Below are positions 20,203 through 30,153 of a stretch of DNA of 64,000 nucleotides, one piece after another. The notes beneath the pieces were generated by a model, which had not been told where the DNA came from, made no database searches, and saw only the letters and a list, made by a program, of their open reading frames with translations. How positions within the stretch are numbered: position 1 is the stretch's first letter; each line of letters begins with the position of its first letter. This stretch comes from an uncultured Gemmatimonadaceae bacterium (lineage in GTDB: Bacteria; Gemmatimonadota; Gemmatimonadetes; Gemmatimonadales; Gemmatimonadaceae). Position numbers and translations under genes: made by a program. The stretch covers positions 64,001-128,000 of the forward strand of contig CAWGJO010000027.1 of assembly GCA_963822945.1 (NCBI GenBank). Direction: 5' to 3'.

Positions 20203-20427
20203 CTGAAGAACTCCCGGAAGGGACGGAGGGAACGAAGCGCGGCGTTCGCCGGTTTCGCCGACGGATGCGTCCGCGGCCCTCGTCCAACTATATGAATTCT
20301 CAACCGCGGGGCCAGTCCGCCGCCGGGTGCGGGCCGGATCTTCCCGGTTGAGGATCGGGACGTGGACCCTTGAAGCCCGAATCGCAACCGTCGAGGTTGC
20401 GGAGACCGCCTCGCATAGGAGCAGCAG

Positions 20428-21009
20428 ATGCCGGAACTCACGCTCGACCCCGCCACCACGGCGCTGGTGGTCGTCGATCTCCAACGGGGGATCGCGATGA
20501 CGAACACCGTGCCGCACGCGGCGGCCGACGTCATCGCCCGCGCCGCGCAGTTGGCCCGGCGCTTCCGTGAAATCGGAGCCACGGTCGTCCTCGTGCGGGT
20601 CGACCCCGGCCCCCACTGGGAGCTGTTCCCGCGCGTCACCGCCGACCGCCCGCGCCCGATGCCCTCCGGGGCCCTGCCCGACGACTGGACCGCCATCGTC
20701 CCGAAACTCGGGCCGGAGCCGGGCGACGTGCTGGTCACCAAGCATCAACCGGGCGCGTTCTTCGGTACCGATCTCGACGTGCAGCTTCGCCGCCGAGGCA
20801 TTCGCACCATCGTGCTGGCGGGCATCTCCACCAACGTCGGCGTCGAAGCGACGGCTCGCGTGGCGTTCGAGGCGGGCTACGAGCAGGTGTTCGTGGAAGA
20901 TGCGATGGCGGCCCGGGAGGAAGACCTGCATACCCACACCGTGACTCGGCTCTTCCCGACGATCGGCCGGGTGCGCACCACCGCCGCCGTGCTCGCGGCC
21001 CTCGCCTGA
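20428..21009 (+). CDS. Isochorismatase/cysteine hydrolase family protein (YecD-like)
   Basis: TALVVVDLQ, TKHQPGAFFGTDLD, GISTNVGVEATAR; AGGAG RBS. Confidence 0.92.
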   Translation: MPELTLDPATTALVVVDLQRGIAMTNTVPHAAADVIARAAQLARRFREIGATVVLVRVDPGPHWELFPRVTADRPRPMPSGALPDDWTAIVPKLGPEPGDVLVTKHQPGAFFGTDLDVQLRRRGIRTIVLAGISTNVGVEATARVAFEAGYEQVFVEDAMAAREEDLHTHTVTRLFPTIGRVRTTAAVLAALA

Positions 21010-21025
21010 TCCGCACCGCGTCCGA

Positions 21026-21060
21026 CCGCCCCCGCCCCCGCCCCCGCCCCCGTCCCCGCC
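21026..21060. repeat. (GCCCCC)x4-GTCCCC hexamer tract
   Basis: Directly visible between hydrolase and MFS genes. Confidence 0.85.
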
Positions 21061-21070
21061 GCACGCGCCG

Positions 21071-22360
21071 ATGACGCCCCGACGCCTTCCGGTCATCGCC
21101 CGCGCGCTGGCCCACCGCAACTACCGGCTGTTCTTCGGTGGCCAGAGCGTTTCGCTCGTCGGCACGTGGATCACGCGCGTGGCCACGAGCTGGCTGGTGT
21201 ATCGGCTCACCGGCTCGGCCCTGCTGCTGGGGGTGGTCGGCTTCTCGGGCCAGATCCCCATGCTCGTCATGGCGCCGGTCACCGGCGTGCTCGATCGACC
21301 GGTGGGACCGCCATCGCGTGCTGGTGATCACGCAGGTGGCATCGATGCTGCAGTCGGCGGCCCTGGCCGTGCTGGCGCTCTCGGGGATCATCACGGTCGG
21401 CGAGATCATCGCGCTCCAGGTGATGCAGGGCATGATCAACGCCTTCGACACGCCGGCGCGGCAGGCGTTCGTGGTGAAGATGGTGGACGACCGCAACGAC
21501 CTGCCCAACGCCATCGCCCTCAATTCGCTGATGGTCAACGGCAGCCGCATCATCGGCCCGTCCGTCGGGGGCGTGCTCATTGCGGCGTTCGGCGAGGGTT
21601 GGTGTTTCGCAATCGACGCCGTGTCGTACGTCGCCGTGATCGCGTCGCTGTTCGCCATGCGGGTGGCCCGCGAACGGCCGATCCGCGCCGACACGCACAT
21701 TCTCGAGGAACTGCGCGAGGGGTTCCGCTACGTGTCCGGTTTCTGCCGGTGCGCGCGGTGTTGCTGCTGCTGGCCCTCACCAGCATCATGGGCATGCCAT
21801 ACAGCGTGCTGATGCCGGCCGTCGCCCGCGAGATTCTGCACGGCGGCCCGCACACCTACGGCATTCTGCTCACCGCATCCGGCATCGGCGCGATGGGCGG
21901 TGCGCTCTATCTCGCGTCGCGTGCCTCGGTGGTGGGGCTGGAGCGTGCCATCGCGTTTGCGGCGTGCACCTTCGGCGCCGGGCTCATCGCGTTCTCGCAA
22001 TCGCGGGCGCTGTGGTTGTCGCTCCTTCTGCTCCCGATCGCCGGCGCCGGCATGATGGTGGCGATGGCGTCCACCAACACCTTCGTGCAGACCGTGGTCG
22101 AGGAGCGGCTCCGCGGACGCGTGATGGCGTTCTACGCGATGGCGTTCCTGGGCGCCGCGCCCATCGGAAGCCTGCTCGCCGGCGTCGTGGCCGACCGCAT
22201 CGGGGTGCCCGCGACGATCCTCATCGGAGGATCGGTGTGCATCGCGGGTGGCAGCGCGTTCGCCCTCTGGCTCCCGCGGTTCCGGGCGCTCGTGCAGCCC
22301 ATTTACATCGCCCGCGGCATCGTTCCAGACCCCGCCCAGGACGCCGTCGCAGGGCACTAA
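21071..22360 (+). CDS. MFS transporter (MFS_3/DHA3-like) with two compensating apparent frameshifts (near 21294 and 21744)
   Basis: ALAHRNYRLFFGGQSVSLVGTW and RLRGRVMAFY in one frame; DRWDRHRVL..AFDTPARQAFV..NAIALNS in the +1 frame between the two shifts. Confidence 0.88.
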   Translation: MTPRRLPVIARALAHRNYRLFFGGQSVSLVGTWITRVATSWLVYRLTGSALLLGVVGFSGQIPMLVMAPVTGVLDRPVGPPSRAGDHAGGIDAAVGGPGRAGALGDHHGRRDHRAPGDAGHDQRLRHAGAAGVRGEDGGRPQRPAQRHRPQFADGQRQPHHRPVRRGRAHCGVRRGLVFRNRRRVVRRRDRVAVRHAGGPRTADPRRHAHSRGTARGVPLRVRFLPVRAVLLLLALTSIMGMPYSVLMPAVAREILHGGPHTYGILLTASGIGAMGGALYLASRASVVGLERAIAFAACTFGAGLIAFSQSRALWLSLLLLPIAGAGMMVAMASTNTFVQTVVEERLRGRVMAFYAMAFLGAAPIGSLLAGVVADRIGVPATILIGGSVCIAGGSAFALWLPRFRALVQPIYIARGIVPDPAQDAVAGH

Positions 22361-22547
22361 GAAAGTGTGAGAAAACAACTTGGCTAATTTCGCTGTGACG
22401 AATCCCGGCTATACTGGGGTCTGTTGCTGTGAAGGACCGGAACACTGGTCCGAGCAGCAAACAGAACCAACAGCCTAGTCGTACTGAGCAAGTGTAGGAC
22501 AACCCGGATCCGGCGAGCGCGGGGTCAGCGTACTTTCAGGTGCGTGT

Positions 22548-23216
22548 TTGGGGGGGATTCCCGCCCGTCCGGGTCCGCGGTTCTTGCTCTGGAGCAGTGG
22601 GACGCATACGGCTAAGGCAATTCGCGGCGACGGCGATGAGTACTTCTCGCGCGATCGTCAGCAGATCGAACTCCACGAAGAACGCCAGTGGCTGACACGG
22701 ATCCGTCAAGGAGACCGTGAAGCGTACGGCTTGCTCGTGACGCGCCACCTCGACCGAGCGTTGGCGCTTGCCGTCAGGCTGCTCCATCATCGCGAAGATG
22801 CCGAAGACCTGGTGCAGGACGCGTTCCTCGCCGCTCTCGAGCATATCGACGCGTTCGACGAATCCCGACCCTTCTGGCCCTGGTTTTCGCGCATCCTCGT
22901 GAACCGCGGGCTCGACCTCGCGGCCGCCCGCGCCGTACGCGTCACCGAGCCGCTGCCCGACGAGGTATTCGACCGCCACCAGGATCCGGCCGGCGCCGCC
23001 GAGCGCGCCGAGATCTTCACGCGGTTCCGCCACGAGCTCGCCCTGCTTCCACCCCGCCGCAAGCTGATCATGCAGCTATTCGAACTCGACGGGTACTCGG
23101 TGGCCGAGATCTCGGCGCTGCTGGAGTCATCGCCGGCCACCGTCCGCTGGCACCTGCACGCCGCACGGCGCCAACTGCGCCAGTCCCTTTCTCCGTTGCG
23201 GGGAGACGGCCCATGA
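22548..23216 (+). CDS. ECF sigma-70 factor
   Basis: DAEDLVQDAFL, FWPWFSRILVN (region 2), GYSVAEIS..PATVRWHLHAARRQLR (region 4); start codon uncertain. Confidence 0.9.
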   Translation: MGGIPARPGPRFLLWSSGTHTAKAIRGDGDEYFSRDRQQIELHEERQWLTRIRQGDREAYGLLVTRHLDRALALAVRLLHHREDAEDLVQDAFLAALEHIDAFDESRPFWPWFSRILVNRGLDLAAARAVRVTEPLPDEVFDRHQDPAGAAERAEIFTRFRHELALLPPRRKLIMQLFELDGYSVAEISALLESSPATVRWHLHAARRQLRQSLSPLRGDGP

Positions 23217-23605
23217 GACGCGACGATCTGCGACCCGACCACGAACTGCGCGACCTCCTGCGGCGCTTCGACTCGCCCGACGTGGCGACCGACGCCCAAC
23301 GACACGCCCTGGCGCGGCGAATTCTCATCGGTGCCGAGCCGCTGCTCGATGCGCGCCGCGGAGCACCGCCCGCCTGGTGGGAGTTCACCGCCACCTGGGC
23401 GCGCACGCTCATTCCGATCGGCGTGGCCACGGCGCTTGCGGCCGCGGCCCTCATCGTCTGGACGTCGCGTCCGGCGCGTCGCGCCGTGCTCCCCACCGTT
23501 ACGACCCAGGACTCACTGGTCGGTGCGGTGCGGCGCGATCCCACGTCGCGGCATCTGCTCGACCTGCTGGTGACACCCTCGCCGGCGCCGAGGACGGAGC
23601 GTTGA
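23213..23605 (+). CDS. Single-TM protein, putative anti-sigma factor
   Basis: ATGA overlap with ECF sigma; one TM helix (LIPIGVATALAAAALIVW). Confidence 0.65.
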   Translation: MRRDDLRPDHELRDLLRRFDSPDVATDAQRHALARRILIGAEPLLDARRGAPPAWWEFTATWARTLIPIGVATALAAAALIVWTSRPARRAVLPTVTTQDSLVGAVRRDPTSRHLLDLLVTPSPAPRTER

Positions 23606-24048
23606 CGCGCCGCCGCCGTGGCGCGGTGCGGATGCCGCCGCGCGCGCTGGCCATCGTCGTGCTGTGCGCGCTCGCCCTCGGCAGCGCTCTGGCCGGCGTG
23701 GCCGTAGACCGCATGCTCCTGCGGCCGACGCAACCGGCGGTCGCGTTTCCCGACACGTCGTTCCACCCCATCGAGTCCATTCTCCGTTCGCCAACCGACG
23801 CCGACCGCCGCGCCATCCGGCGCGAACTTACGCAACAGTTGAACCTCACCCTCGCACAGGCGGACTCCATCGACAGCATCATGAACCGCCGGTCGGGCGA
23901 ATTCCGCGCCCTGCGCGCCGAGCTCCGGCCGCGCGTGCAGGGCCTGGTGGACTCCGTCCACGAGAGCATCGAACAGGTGCTCACGCCGGCGCAGCGCGAG
24001 CTGTTCCGCCGCCTGCAGCCCACTCGCGACTCGAGCACCACACCGTGA
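23602..24048 (+). CDS. Small exported helical protein, Spy/CpxP-like
   Basis: N-terminal hydrophobic segment; LNLTLAQ and VLTPAQ (LTxxQ) motifs; start TTG 23602 or ATG 23632. Confidence 0.7.
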   Translation: MTRRRRGAVRMPPRALAIVVLCALALGSALAGVAVDRMLLRPTQPAVAFPDTSFHPIESILRSPTDADRRAIRRELTQQLNLTLAQADSIDSIMNRRSGEFRALRAELRPRVQGLVDSVHESIEQVLTPAQRELFRRLQPTRDSSTTP

Positions 24049-25535
24049 AATCCCGTGCAATCATAGGAAGCATCACTGCCCTCGCGCTCGCCGGATGCGT
24101 CAGCGCGCCACCCGCGATCGACGGCGTGGCCGCGGCACCGCCGCGGCCGAACAGCTACTGGAAACCGCCCGCGTCGGTCACGGCCCCGCCCGCACCGAAG
24201 CCCGCCCCCGCGGCGCGCACGGCGGCGGACACCGCTGCCGGCCCGCTCTCCGCACAGACGCTGCGACACCTCAGCCTGGCCGACGCCGTGGACATCGCGC
24301 TGCGCAACAACCCCGCCACACGGCTGTCGTGGGCGCAGGCGCGCGCCGCCGCCGACGTCTACGGCGCCAGTCGTGGCTCGCTGTTTCCCACGATCATCGG
24401 CAGCGCCAGCGTCACGCGCTCGCGTTCGATCGCCGTGCCCGGGCGCCTGGCCGGCGAGCGCACCCAGTACGGCCCGTCGGTCAATCTCTCGTACCTCGTA
24501 TTCGATTTCGGCGGGCGGGCGGGCGGCATCGAGGCGGCACGGCAGACTGCCATCGCCGCCGACCTGGCGCACAACGCGGCCGTCCAGAACACCGTACTCC
24601 AGGTGGAAACCTCGGTGTTCTCGTATCTCGGCACCCGGGCGCTGCGCGACGCCCAGCGCGCAACGTTCGACGAAGCGACGGCGAATCTGTCCGCCGCTAC
24701 CGACCGGCACAACGTGGGGCTCGCCACCATCGCCGACGTGCTGCAGGCCCGCACCGCCCGCTCGCAGGCCCAACTCGACCTCGAGACCCTCGACGGCCAG
24801 CTCAACGTGACGCGCGGCGCGCTTGCCGTGGCCATGGGGCTGCCGGCCAACACGAGCGTCGACCTGCCCGACGAGGCCTCGCCCGACACCTCGGCCGTCG
24901 ACGCCGTCACCGCGTCGGTGGATTCGCTCATCGAGACGGCGACCCGCAACCGCCCCGACCTGCTCCAGGCCCGGGCGCAGGCGAAGGTGGCCGAAGCGCA
25001 GCTCGCGCAGGCGCGCGCCGCGTGGCTGCCCTCACTCAACCTCACCGCGACCGGCGGTCACACGCAATCGAATCTCAGCGGATTCGCCGGCAACAGCTAC
25101 ACACTCAACCTCGGTCTTTCCGTCCCGCTGTTCACCGGGTTCAGCCGCCTGTACGACCAGCGCGCCGCCAGCGAACAGGTCACGGCCGCCAACGCGCGCA
25201 CCGAGCTCACCCGGCAGCAGATTGCCCTGCAGGTGTTCACGTCCTTCTATGCCATGCGCACGGCCGGACAGCGCGTGCGCACCTCGGCCGACCTGCTGGC
25301 CAGCGCCGACCAGTCGGAGCAGGTGGCACGCGGCCGCTACACCGAAGGCGTGGGCAGCATCATCGATCTGCTCGTCGCGCAGAGCGCGCTGGCCAGCGCC
25401 CGCGCGCAGGCGGTACAGGCGCGCTGGCAGTGGCGCACCGCGCTCGCCCAACTGGCGCACGACGCCGGCGTTCTCGGCATTCACGGAGAAGCCCTGGCGC
25501 CGCTCACGACTACCTCCTCCGGCATCAACCGATGA
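24045..25535 (+). CDS. TolC family outer-membrane efflux protein (lipoprotein)
   Basis: Lipobox LAGC; LSLADAVDIALRNNP; two OEP repeats (GLATIADVLQA, GVGSIIDLLVAQ). Confidence 0.92.
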   Translation: MKSRAIIGSITALALAGCVSAPPAIDGVAAAPPRPNSYWKPPASVTAPPAPKPAPAARTAADTAAGPLSAQTLRHLSLADAVDIALRNNPATRLSWAQARAAADVYGASRGSLFPTIIGSASVTRSRSIAVPGRLAGERTQYGPSVNLSYLVFDFGGRAGGIEAARQTAIAADLAHNAAVQNTVLQVETSVFSYLGTRALRDAQRATFDEATANLSAATDRHNVGLATIADVLQARTARSQAQLDLETLDGQLNVTRGALAVAMGLPANTSVDLPDEASPDTSAVDAVTASVDSLIETATRNRPDLLQARAQAKVAEAQLAQARAAWLPSLNLTATGGHTQSNLSGFAGNSYTLNLGLSVPLFTGFSRLYDQRAASEQVTAANARTELTRQQIALQVFTSFYAMRTAGQRVRTSADLLASADQSEQVARGRYTEGVGSIIDLLVAQSALASARAQAVQARWQWRTALAQLAHDAGVLGIHGEALAPLTTTSSGINR

Positions 25536-26674
25536 TCCACGCGGCTCCCATGCTCCGCGCGCGTACCGCCGCGCTGCTCGCGCTTCCGCTCCTGTTCGCC
25601 GCCGCCTGCGGCAAGCCCGCCGCCGAGCGCCAACCGACGGTACCGGTCCGCGTGGCGTCGGTGCGCGCCATCGCCGCCCCGTACACGATCACGGCGAACG
25701 GCGTCGTCGAACCGCTGCAGACGGTGACCGTCGAGGCACAGGTGGGCGGCATCCTCGACGCAGTCACCTTCCAGGAGGGCGACGAGGTGAAGGCGGGGCA
25801 GGTGTTGTTCCGCATCGACCCGCGCCCCTTCCAGGCCGTGCTGCGCCAGGCACAGGCAGCCCTGGCCCGCGACGCGGCTCAGGCAGAGAATGCCCGCCGC
25901 GACGCCGACCGGTACCGCGCCCTCGTGGCCAAGGACTACGTCACCAAGTCGCAGGCCGATCAGGCCGAAGCCTCGGCGCGCGCCCTCGGCGCCACGCTGC
26001 AAGCCGACAGCGCCGCCGTCGAGACGGCGCGGCTGAACCTCGCGTACTCCGTGATCCGCGCCCCGATCGACGGCCGCACCGGCAGTCTGCTCGTGCGGCG
26101 CGGCAATCTCGTGAAGGCCAACGCGCAGCCGCTGGTCGTGATCAACCAGATCCATCCCATCCTCGTGCGCTTCCCGGTCACGCAACCCGAGTTCCTGACC
26201 CTCGAGCGCCGGTCGGCGCAGGGCTCGCCGGTGCCGGTGCGCGTGGCCACGGCCGACAGTCTGCCGCTGGACGAGTCGGGAACGCTGACCTTCATCGACA
26301 ACGCCGTGGATTCGCTCACCGGCACCGTCACGGCCAAGGCGCGATTCGCCAATGCGACGCGCGTGCTCTGGCCCGGTGAATTCGTGCGCGTCACCGTGCA
26401 GCTCGGCGTGCAGCAGAACGCGCTGGCGGTACCGTCCGCCGCGGTGGTCTCCGGCCAGGACGGGAACTACGTGTTCGTGATCGATCAGCAGCACAGCGCA
26501 CAGGTCCGTCCCGTGGTGGCGGGACGCGCCGTCGGCGCATTGACCGTGATCGACAGCGGCCTCGTGGCGGGCGAGCAGGTGGTGACCGACGGGCAGTCCC
26601 GGCTGGTGGCGGGCGCCAAGGTGGACGCGCGTCCCGCCACCGTGGAGGCCGACGGGCCGGGAGCCGGATCATGA
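25532..26674 (+). CDS. RND periplasmic adaptor subunit (MdtA-like)
   Basis: Lipobox AAAC; FQEGDEVKAGQVLFRIDPRPF; IRAPIDGRTG; IDNAVDSLTGTV. Confidence 0.93.
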   Translation: MIHAAPMLRARTAALLALPLLFAAACGKPAAERQPTVPVRVASVRAIAAPYTITANGVVEPLQTVTVEAQVGGILDAVTFQEGDEVKAGQVLFRIDPRPFQAVLRQAQAALARDAAQAENARRDADRYRALVAKDYVTKSQADQAEASARALGATLQADSAAVETARLNLAYSVIRAPIDGRTGSLLVRRGNLVKANAQPLVVINQIHPILVRFPVTQPEFLTLERRSAQGSPVPVRVATADSLPLDESGTLTFIDNAVDSLTGTVTAKARFANATRVLWPGEFVRVTVQLGVQQNALAVPSAAVVSGQDGNYVFVIDQQHSAQVRPVVAGRAVGALTVIDSGLVAGEQVVTDGQSRLVAGAKVDARPATVEADGPGAGS

Positions 26675-29600
26675 ACCTCTCGGCCCTGTTCGTGCGCCGC
26701 CCGGTCATGACGGTGCTCGTCATGATCGGCATCGTCGTGTTCGGGATCAGCGCCTACCGGCGCCTGCCGGTAAGCGACCTGCCGACGGTGGACTACCCGA
26801 CGATCTCGGTGAGCGCCAGCCTGCCCGGCGCCAGTCCCGAGACGATGGCCGCAGCGGTGGCCACGCCGCTGGAGAAGCAGTTCTCCACGATCGCCGGCAT
26901 CGACAACATGACGTCCACCAGTGCGCTCGGCTCCACGTCGATCACGCTCCAGTTCTCACTGGACCGCGACATCGACGGTGCCGCGCAGGACGTGCAATCG
27001 GCCATCGGCGCCGTGCTCCGCCGGCTGCCCCCGGGCATCATCCCGCCGTCGTACCGCAAGGTGAACCCCGCCGACCAGGCGATCATCTACTTCGCGCTCA
27101 CGTCCAAACTGCTGCCCCTGTCCAAACTCGACGACTACGCCGAGACGGTCATGGCGCAGCGCATCTCGATGGTGAACGGCGTGGCGCAGGTGCAGGTGTA
27201 CGGCGCGCAGAAGTACGCCGTGCGCGTGCAACTCGATCCCAACGCGCTCGCCTATCGCAAGATCGGCATCGACGAGGTGGCAAGCGCGATCAGCGCACAG
27301 AACGTCAACCTGCCCACCGGCATCCTGTGGGGGCCCAACCGGGCCTACACCGTGCAGGCCAACGGCCAGCTCCAGAACGCGGCGTCGTTCGCGCGCCTGG
27401 TGGTCACCTACCGCAACGGCGCGCCCGTGCGGCTGGGCGACCTGGGCCACGTGCTCGACGACGTGCAGGACAACAAGACCGCGAGCTGGTACTCCGGCAC
27501 GCGATCGGTGGTGCTCGCCATCCAGCGCCAGCCCGGCACCAACACCGTGGCCGTGGCGACGGCGGTGAAGGACCTGATGGAGCAGATGCGCCGGACCATC
27601 CCCGGCACGGTGGAGATCCACACCCTCTACGACCGGTCGCTGTCCATTCAGCAGTCGGTGCACGAAGTGAAGGTCACGCTGATGATCACGCTCGGGCTCG
27701 TGATCCTGGTGATCTTCCTCTTCCTCCGCAATCTGTCGGCCACCGTCATTCCGAGCCTGGCGCTGCCGATCTCGGTGATCGGCACGTTCGCCGTCATGTA
27801 CCTGTTGGGGTACAGTCTCGACAACCTGTCGTTGATGGCCCTCACGCTCGCGGTGGGGTTCGTGGTCGACGACGCCATCGTGATGCTCGAGAACATCGTG
27901 CGCCACATGGAGATGGGAAAGCCGCCGATGACGGCCGCCTTCGACGGGGCCCGCGAGGTGGGATTCACGATCCTGTCGATGACGCTCTCGCTCACCGCGG
28001 TGTTCATCCCGATCCTCTTCCTGGGGGGCATCGTCGGCCGTCTGTTCCACGAATTCGCCGTCACGATCGCGGTGGCGATCCTGGTATCGGGATTCGTCTC
28101 GCTCACGCTCACGCCCATGCTGTCGAGCCGGTTCCTGCGCCCGCACGGCGAGGAGCGCCACGGCCGGTTGTTCAACGCCACCGAGCGCGTCTGGCTCCGG
28201 GTGATCGGCGCCTACGAGGGTTCGCTGCACGTGGTGATGCGCCACCGCCGCGCGATGGTGGTGCTGTCGGTGCTCGTGCTGTTCGGCACGGCCGCCCTGT
28301 TCGTGCTCGTGCCCAAGGGCTTCCTCCCCGATGAGGACACGGGCCAGGTCCGCGTCACCACCGAAGCGGCGCAGGGCGTGTCGTTCGCCGACATGGTGAA
28401 GCACCAGCAGGAACTGGCGGCCATCGTCCAACGCGATACGAACGTGGCCGGCTTCATGTCGGCCGTCGGCGGCGGGGGCTTCTCGTCGTCGTCCAACCAG
28501 GGGCGGATGTTCATCAGCCTCAAGCCGCTCGGCCACCGGCTGAGCGCCGACGATTTCATCGCGGAGATGCGCCGCAAGCTGTCGCAGGTGCCAGGCATGA
28601 AGGTGTACATGTCCAATCCCCCCGCCATCCAGATCGGCGGACGCGTGGCGAAGGGACAGTACCAGTTCACCCTCACGAGTGCGGACATCCAGTCCCTCTA
28701 TCCCGCCGCCCAGCAACTTCTCGATTCGGTGAACACGCTGCCGCAGGTGCAGGACGTATCGAGCGACCTGCAGCTGGGTAACCCGCAGGCGAGCATCGAG
28801 ATCGACCGCGAGCGGGCGGCGTCGCTGGGCGTCACCGCCTCGCAGGTGGAGACGGCGTTGTACGACGCCTACGGATCACGGCAGGTGTCCACCATCTACA
28901 CGCCGAACAACGAATACTGGGTGGTGATGGAGCTCGAGCCGCAGTACCAGACCGACCTGTCGGCGCTGTCGCTGCTCTACGTGCGCTCCAATACCGGCAC
29001 GTTGGTGCCGCTGAGTGCGGTGTCCACGGTCTCCAAGACCACCGGCCCCCTCACCGTGAATCACGCCGGACAGCTGCCGGCCGTGACGGTGTCGTTCAAC
29101 CTGGCGCCGGGCTTTGCCCTCGGCGACGCGACGACGGCCGTGCAGCGCATCGCCAACGCCGTGGTGCCGTCCACCATCAGTACGGCGTTCGCCGGCACCG
29201 CGCAGGCGTTCCAGGCGGCGCAGAGCGGACTGCTGGCCTTGCTGGCCTTGGCGATCTTCGTGATCTACGTGGTGCTCGGCATACTATATGAAAGCTTCAT
29301 CCACCCGCTGACCATTCTCTCCGGGCTGCCCTTCGCCGCGTTCGGGGCGCTGCTCACCCTGCTCGTGTTCCGGGTGGATCTCAGCGTGTACGCGTTCGTG
29401 GGCATCATTCTGCTGGTGGGGCTCGTGAAGAAGAACGCGATCATGATGATCGACTTCGCCATCGACGCTGAGCGCACGCAGCACCTGCCGGCCGAGGACG
29501 CGATCATCCAGGCCTGCGTGATCCGCTTCCGTCCGATCATGATGACCACGATGGCGGCGTTGTTCGGGACGCTGCCCATCGCCCTGTCGGTGGGCTCCGG

Positions 29601-29781
29601 CGCCGAAGCGCGCCGGCCGCTGGGCATCGCGGTCGTGGGCGGCCTGTTCTTCTCGCAGTTCATCACGCTCTACATCACGCCGGTGGCCTACACCTACCTC
29701 GACGCCGTGAGCCGGCGGGCCGGCGCGCGCTTCGCCCGCCGCCGCGCGGCGCGCGGCCTGGCCCCCGTGCCGGCGGACTGA
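26671..29781 (+). CDS. RND efflux permease (MdtB/MdtC-like)
   Basis: FVRRPVMT, GFVVDDAIVMLENI, GLVKKNAIMMIDFA, RFRPIMMTT; 1036 aa. Confidence 0.95.
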   Translation: MNLSALFVRRPVMTVLVMIGIVVFGISAYRRLPVSDLPTVDYPTISVSASLPGASPETMAAAVATPLEKQFSTIAGIDNMTSTSALGSTSITLQFSLDRDIDGAAQDVQSAIGAVLRRLPPGIIPPSYRKVNPADQAIIYFALTSKLLPLSKLDDYAETVMAQRISMVNGVAQVQVYGAQKYAVRVQLDPNALAYRKIGIDEVASAISAQNVNLPTGILWGPNRAYTVQANGQLQNAASFARLVVTYRNGAPVRLGDLGHVLDDVQDNKTASWYSGTRSVVLAIQRQPGTNTVAVATAVKDLMEQMRRTIPGTVEIHTLYDRSLSIQQSVHEVKVTLMITLGLVILVIFLFLRNLSATVIPSLALPISVIGTFAVMYLLGYSLDNLSLMALTLAVGFVVDDAIVMLENIVRHMEMGKPPMTAAFDGAREVGFTILSMTLSLTAVFIPILFLGGIVGRLFHEFAVTIAVAILVSGFVSLTLTPMLSSRFLRPHGEERHGRLFNATERVWLRVIGAYEGSLHVVMRHRRAMVVLSVLVLFGTAALFVLVPKGFLPDEDTGQVRVTTEAAQGVSFADMVKHQQELAAIVQRDTNVAGFMSAVGGGGFSSSSNQGRMFISLKPLGHRLSADDFIAEMRRKLSQVPGMKVYMSNPPAIQIGGRVAKGQYQFTLTSADIQSLYPAAQQLLDSVNTLPQVQDVSSDLQLGNPQASIEIDRERAASLGVTASQVETALYDAYGSRQVSTIYTPNNEYWVVMELEPQYQTDLSALSLLYVRSNTGTLVPLSAVSTVSKTTGPLTVNHAGQLPAVTVSFNLAPGFALGDATTAVQRIANAVVPSTISTAFAGTAQAFQAAQSGLLALLALAIFVIYVVLGILYESFIHPLTILSGLPFAAFGALLTLLVFRVDLSVYAFVGIILLVGLVKKNAIMMIDFAIDAERTQHLPAEDAIIQACVIRFRPIMMTTMAALFGTLPIALSVGSGAEARRPLGIAVVGGLFFSQFITLYITPVAYTYLDAVSRRAGARFARRRAARGLAPVPAD

Positions 29782-29792
29782 GCGCGAGCCAG

Positions 29793-29981
29793 GCATCAGG
29801 AACGCAGGTTGTTGAAGAGATGATTCAGGATGACCCGGATGAGACGGATGAGCTCTGACGGGACTTGAGGGTGAGATCAGGCCCGGCCGCCGGCGCGACC
29901 TCGACGCGAAGGCCCATCAAGGGATTCGGCCGTTTCCGTCTCGTCCTGAATCATCGTGTTCACATGCTCCGATCCTGATGC
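29793..29981. repeat. ~190-bp palindromic MITE/REP-like element, copy 1
   Basis: Ends GCATCAGGA/TCCTGATGC; inner perfect arms GATGATTCAGGA (29819-29830) and TCCTGAATCATC (29944-29955); last 55 nt match copy 2 at 47/55. Confidence 0.75.
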
Positions 29982-30061
29982 CCGATCGGTGCACCGAGGC
30001 CCTCCATTCCTGAAGCCCCCAACGGCTCGCTGCCGGCCCAGCCGGCCCCCCACCCCTTGTG

Positions 30062-30090
30062 TATCGCCATATGACCAACTAGTTATATAT
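30062..30090 (+). promoter_or_regulatory. AT-rich promoter/operator, candidate ArsR-family site
   Basis: TATCGCCATATGACCAACT matches 36960-36978 at 15/19; overlaps imperfect palindrome ATATGAC-N6-GTTATAT. Confidence 0.5.
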
Positions 30091-30153
30091 CGTCTCTGCG
30101 GTGGCCGGCCGGACGGCTTGCCGCCGCACTCCGCACCGATGAATGAGGCTGCC

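Noticed and set aside
20203..21120. 1228-aa N-terminally extended M16 peptidase
   Set aside because: The extension is antisense to the isochorismatase gene; the signal peptide begins at 20202
22416..22470. SRP (4.5S) RNA
   Set aside because: Contains AGG..GGAA..AGCAGC-like words but lacks the correct GNRA-capped domain IV geometry
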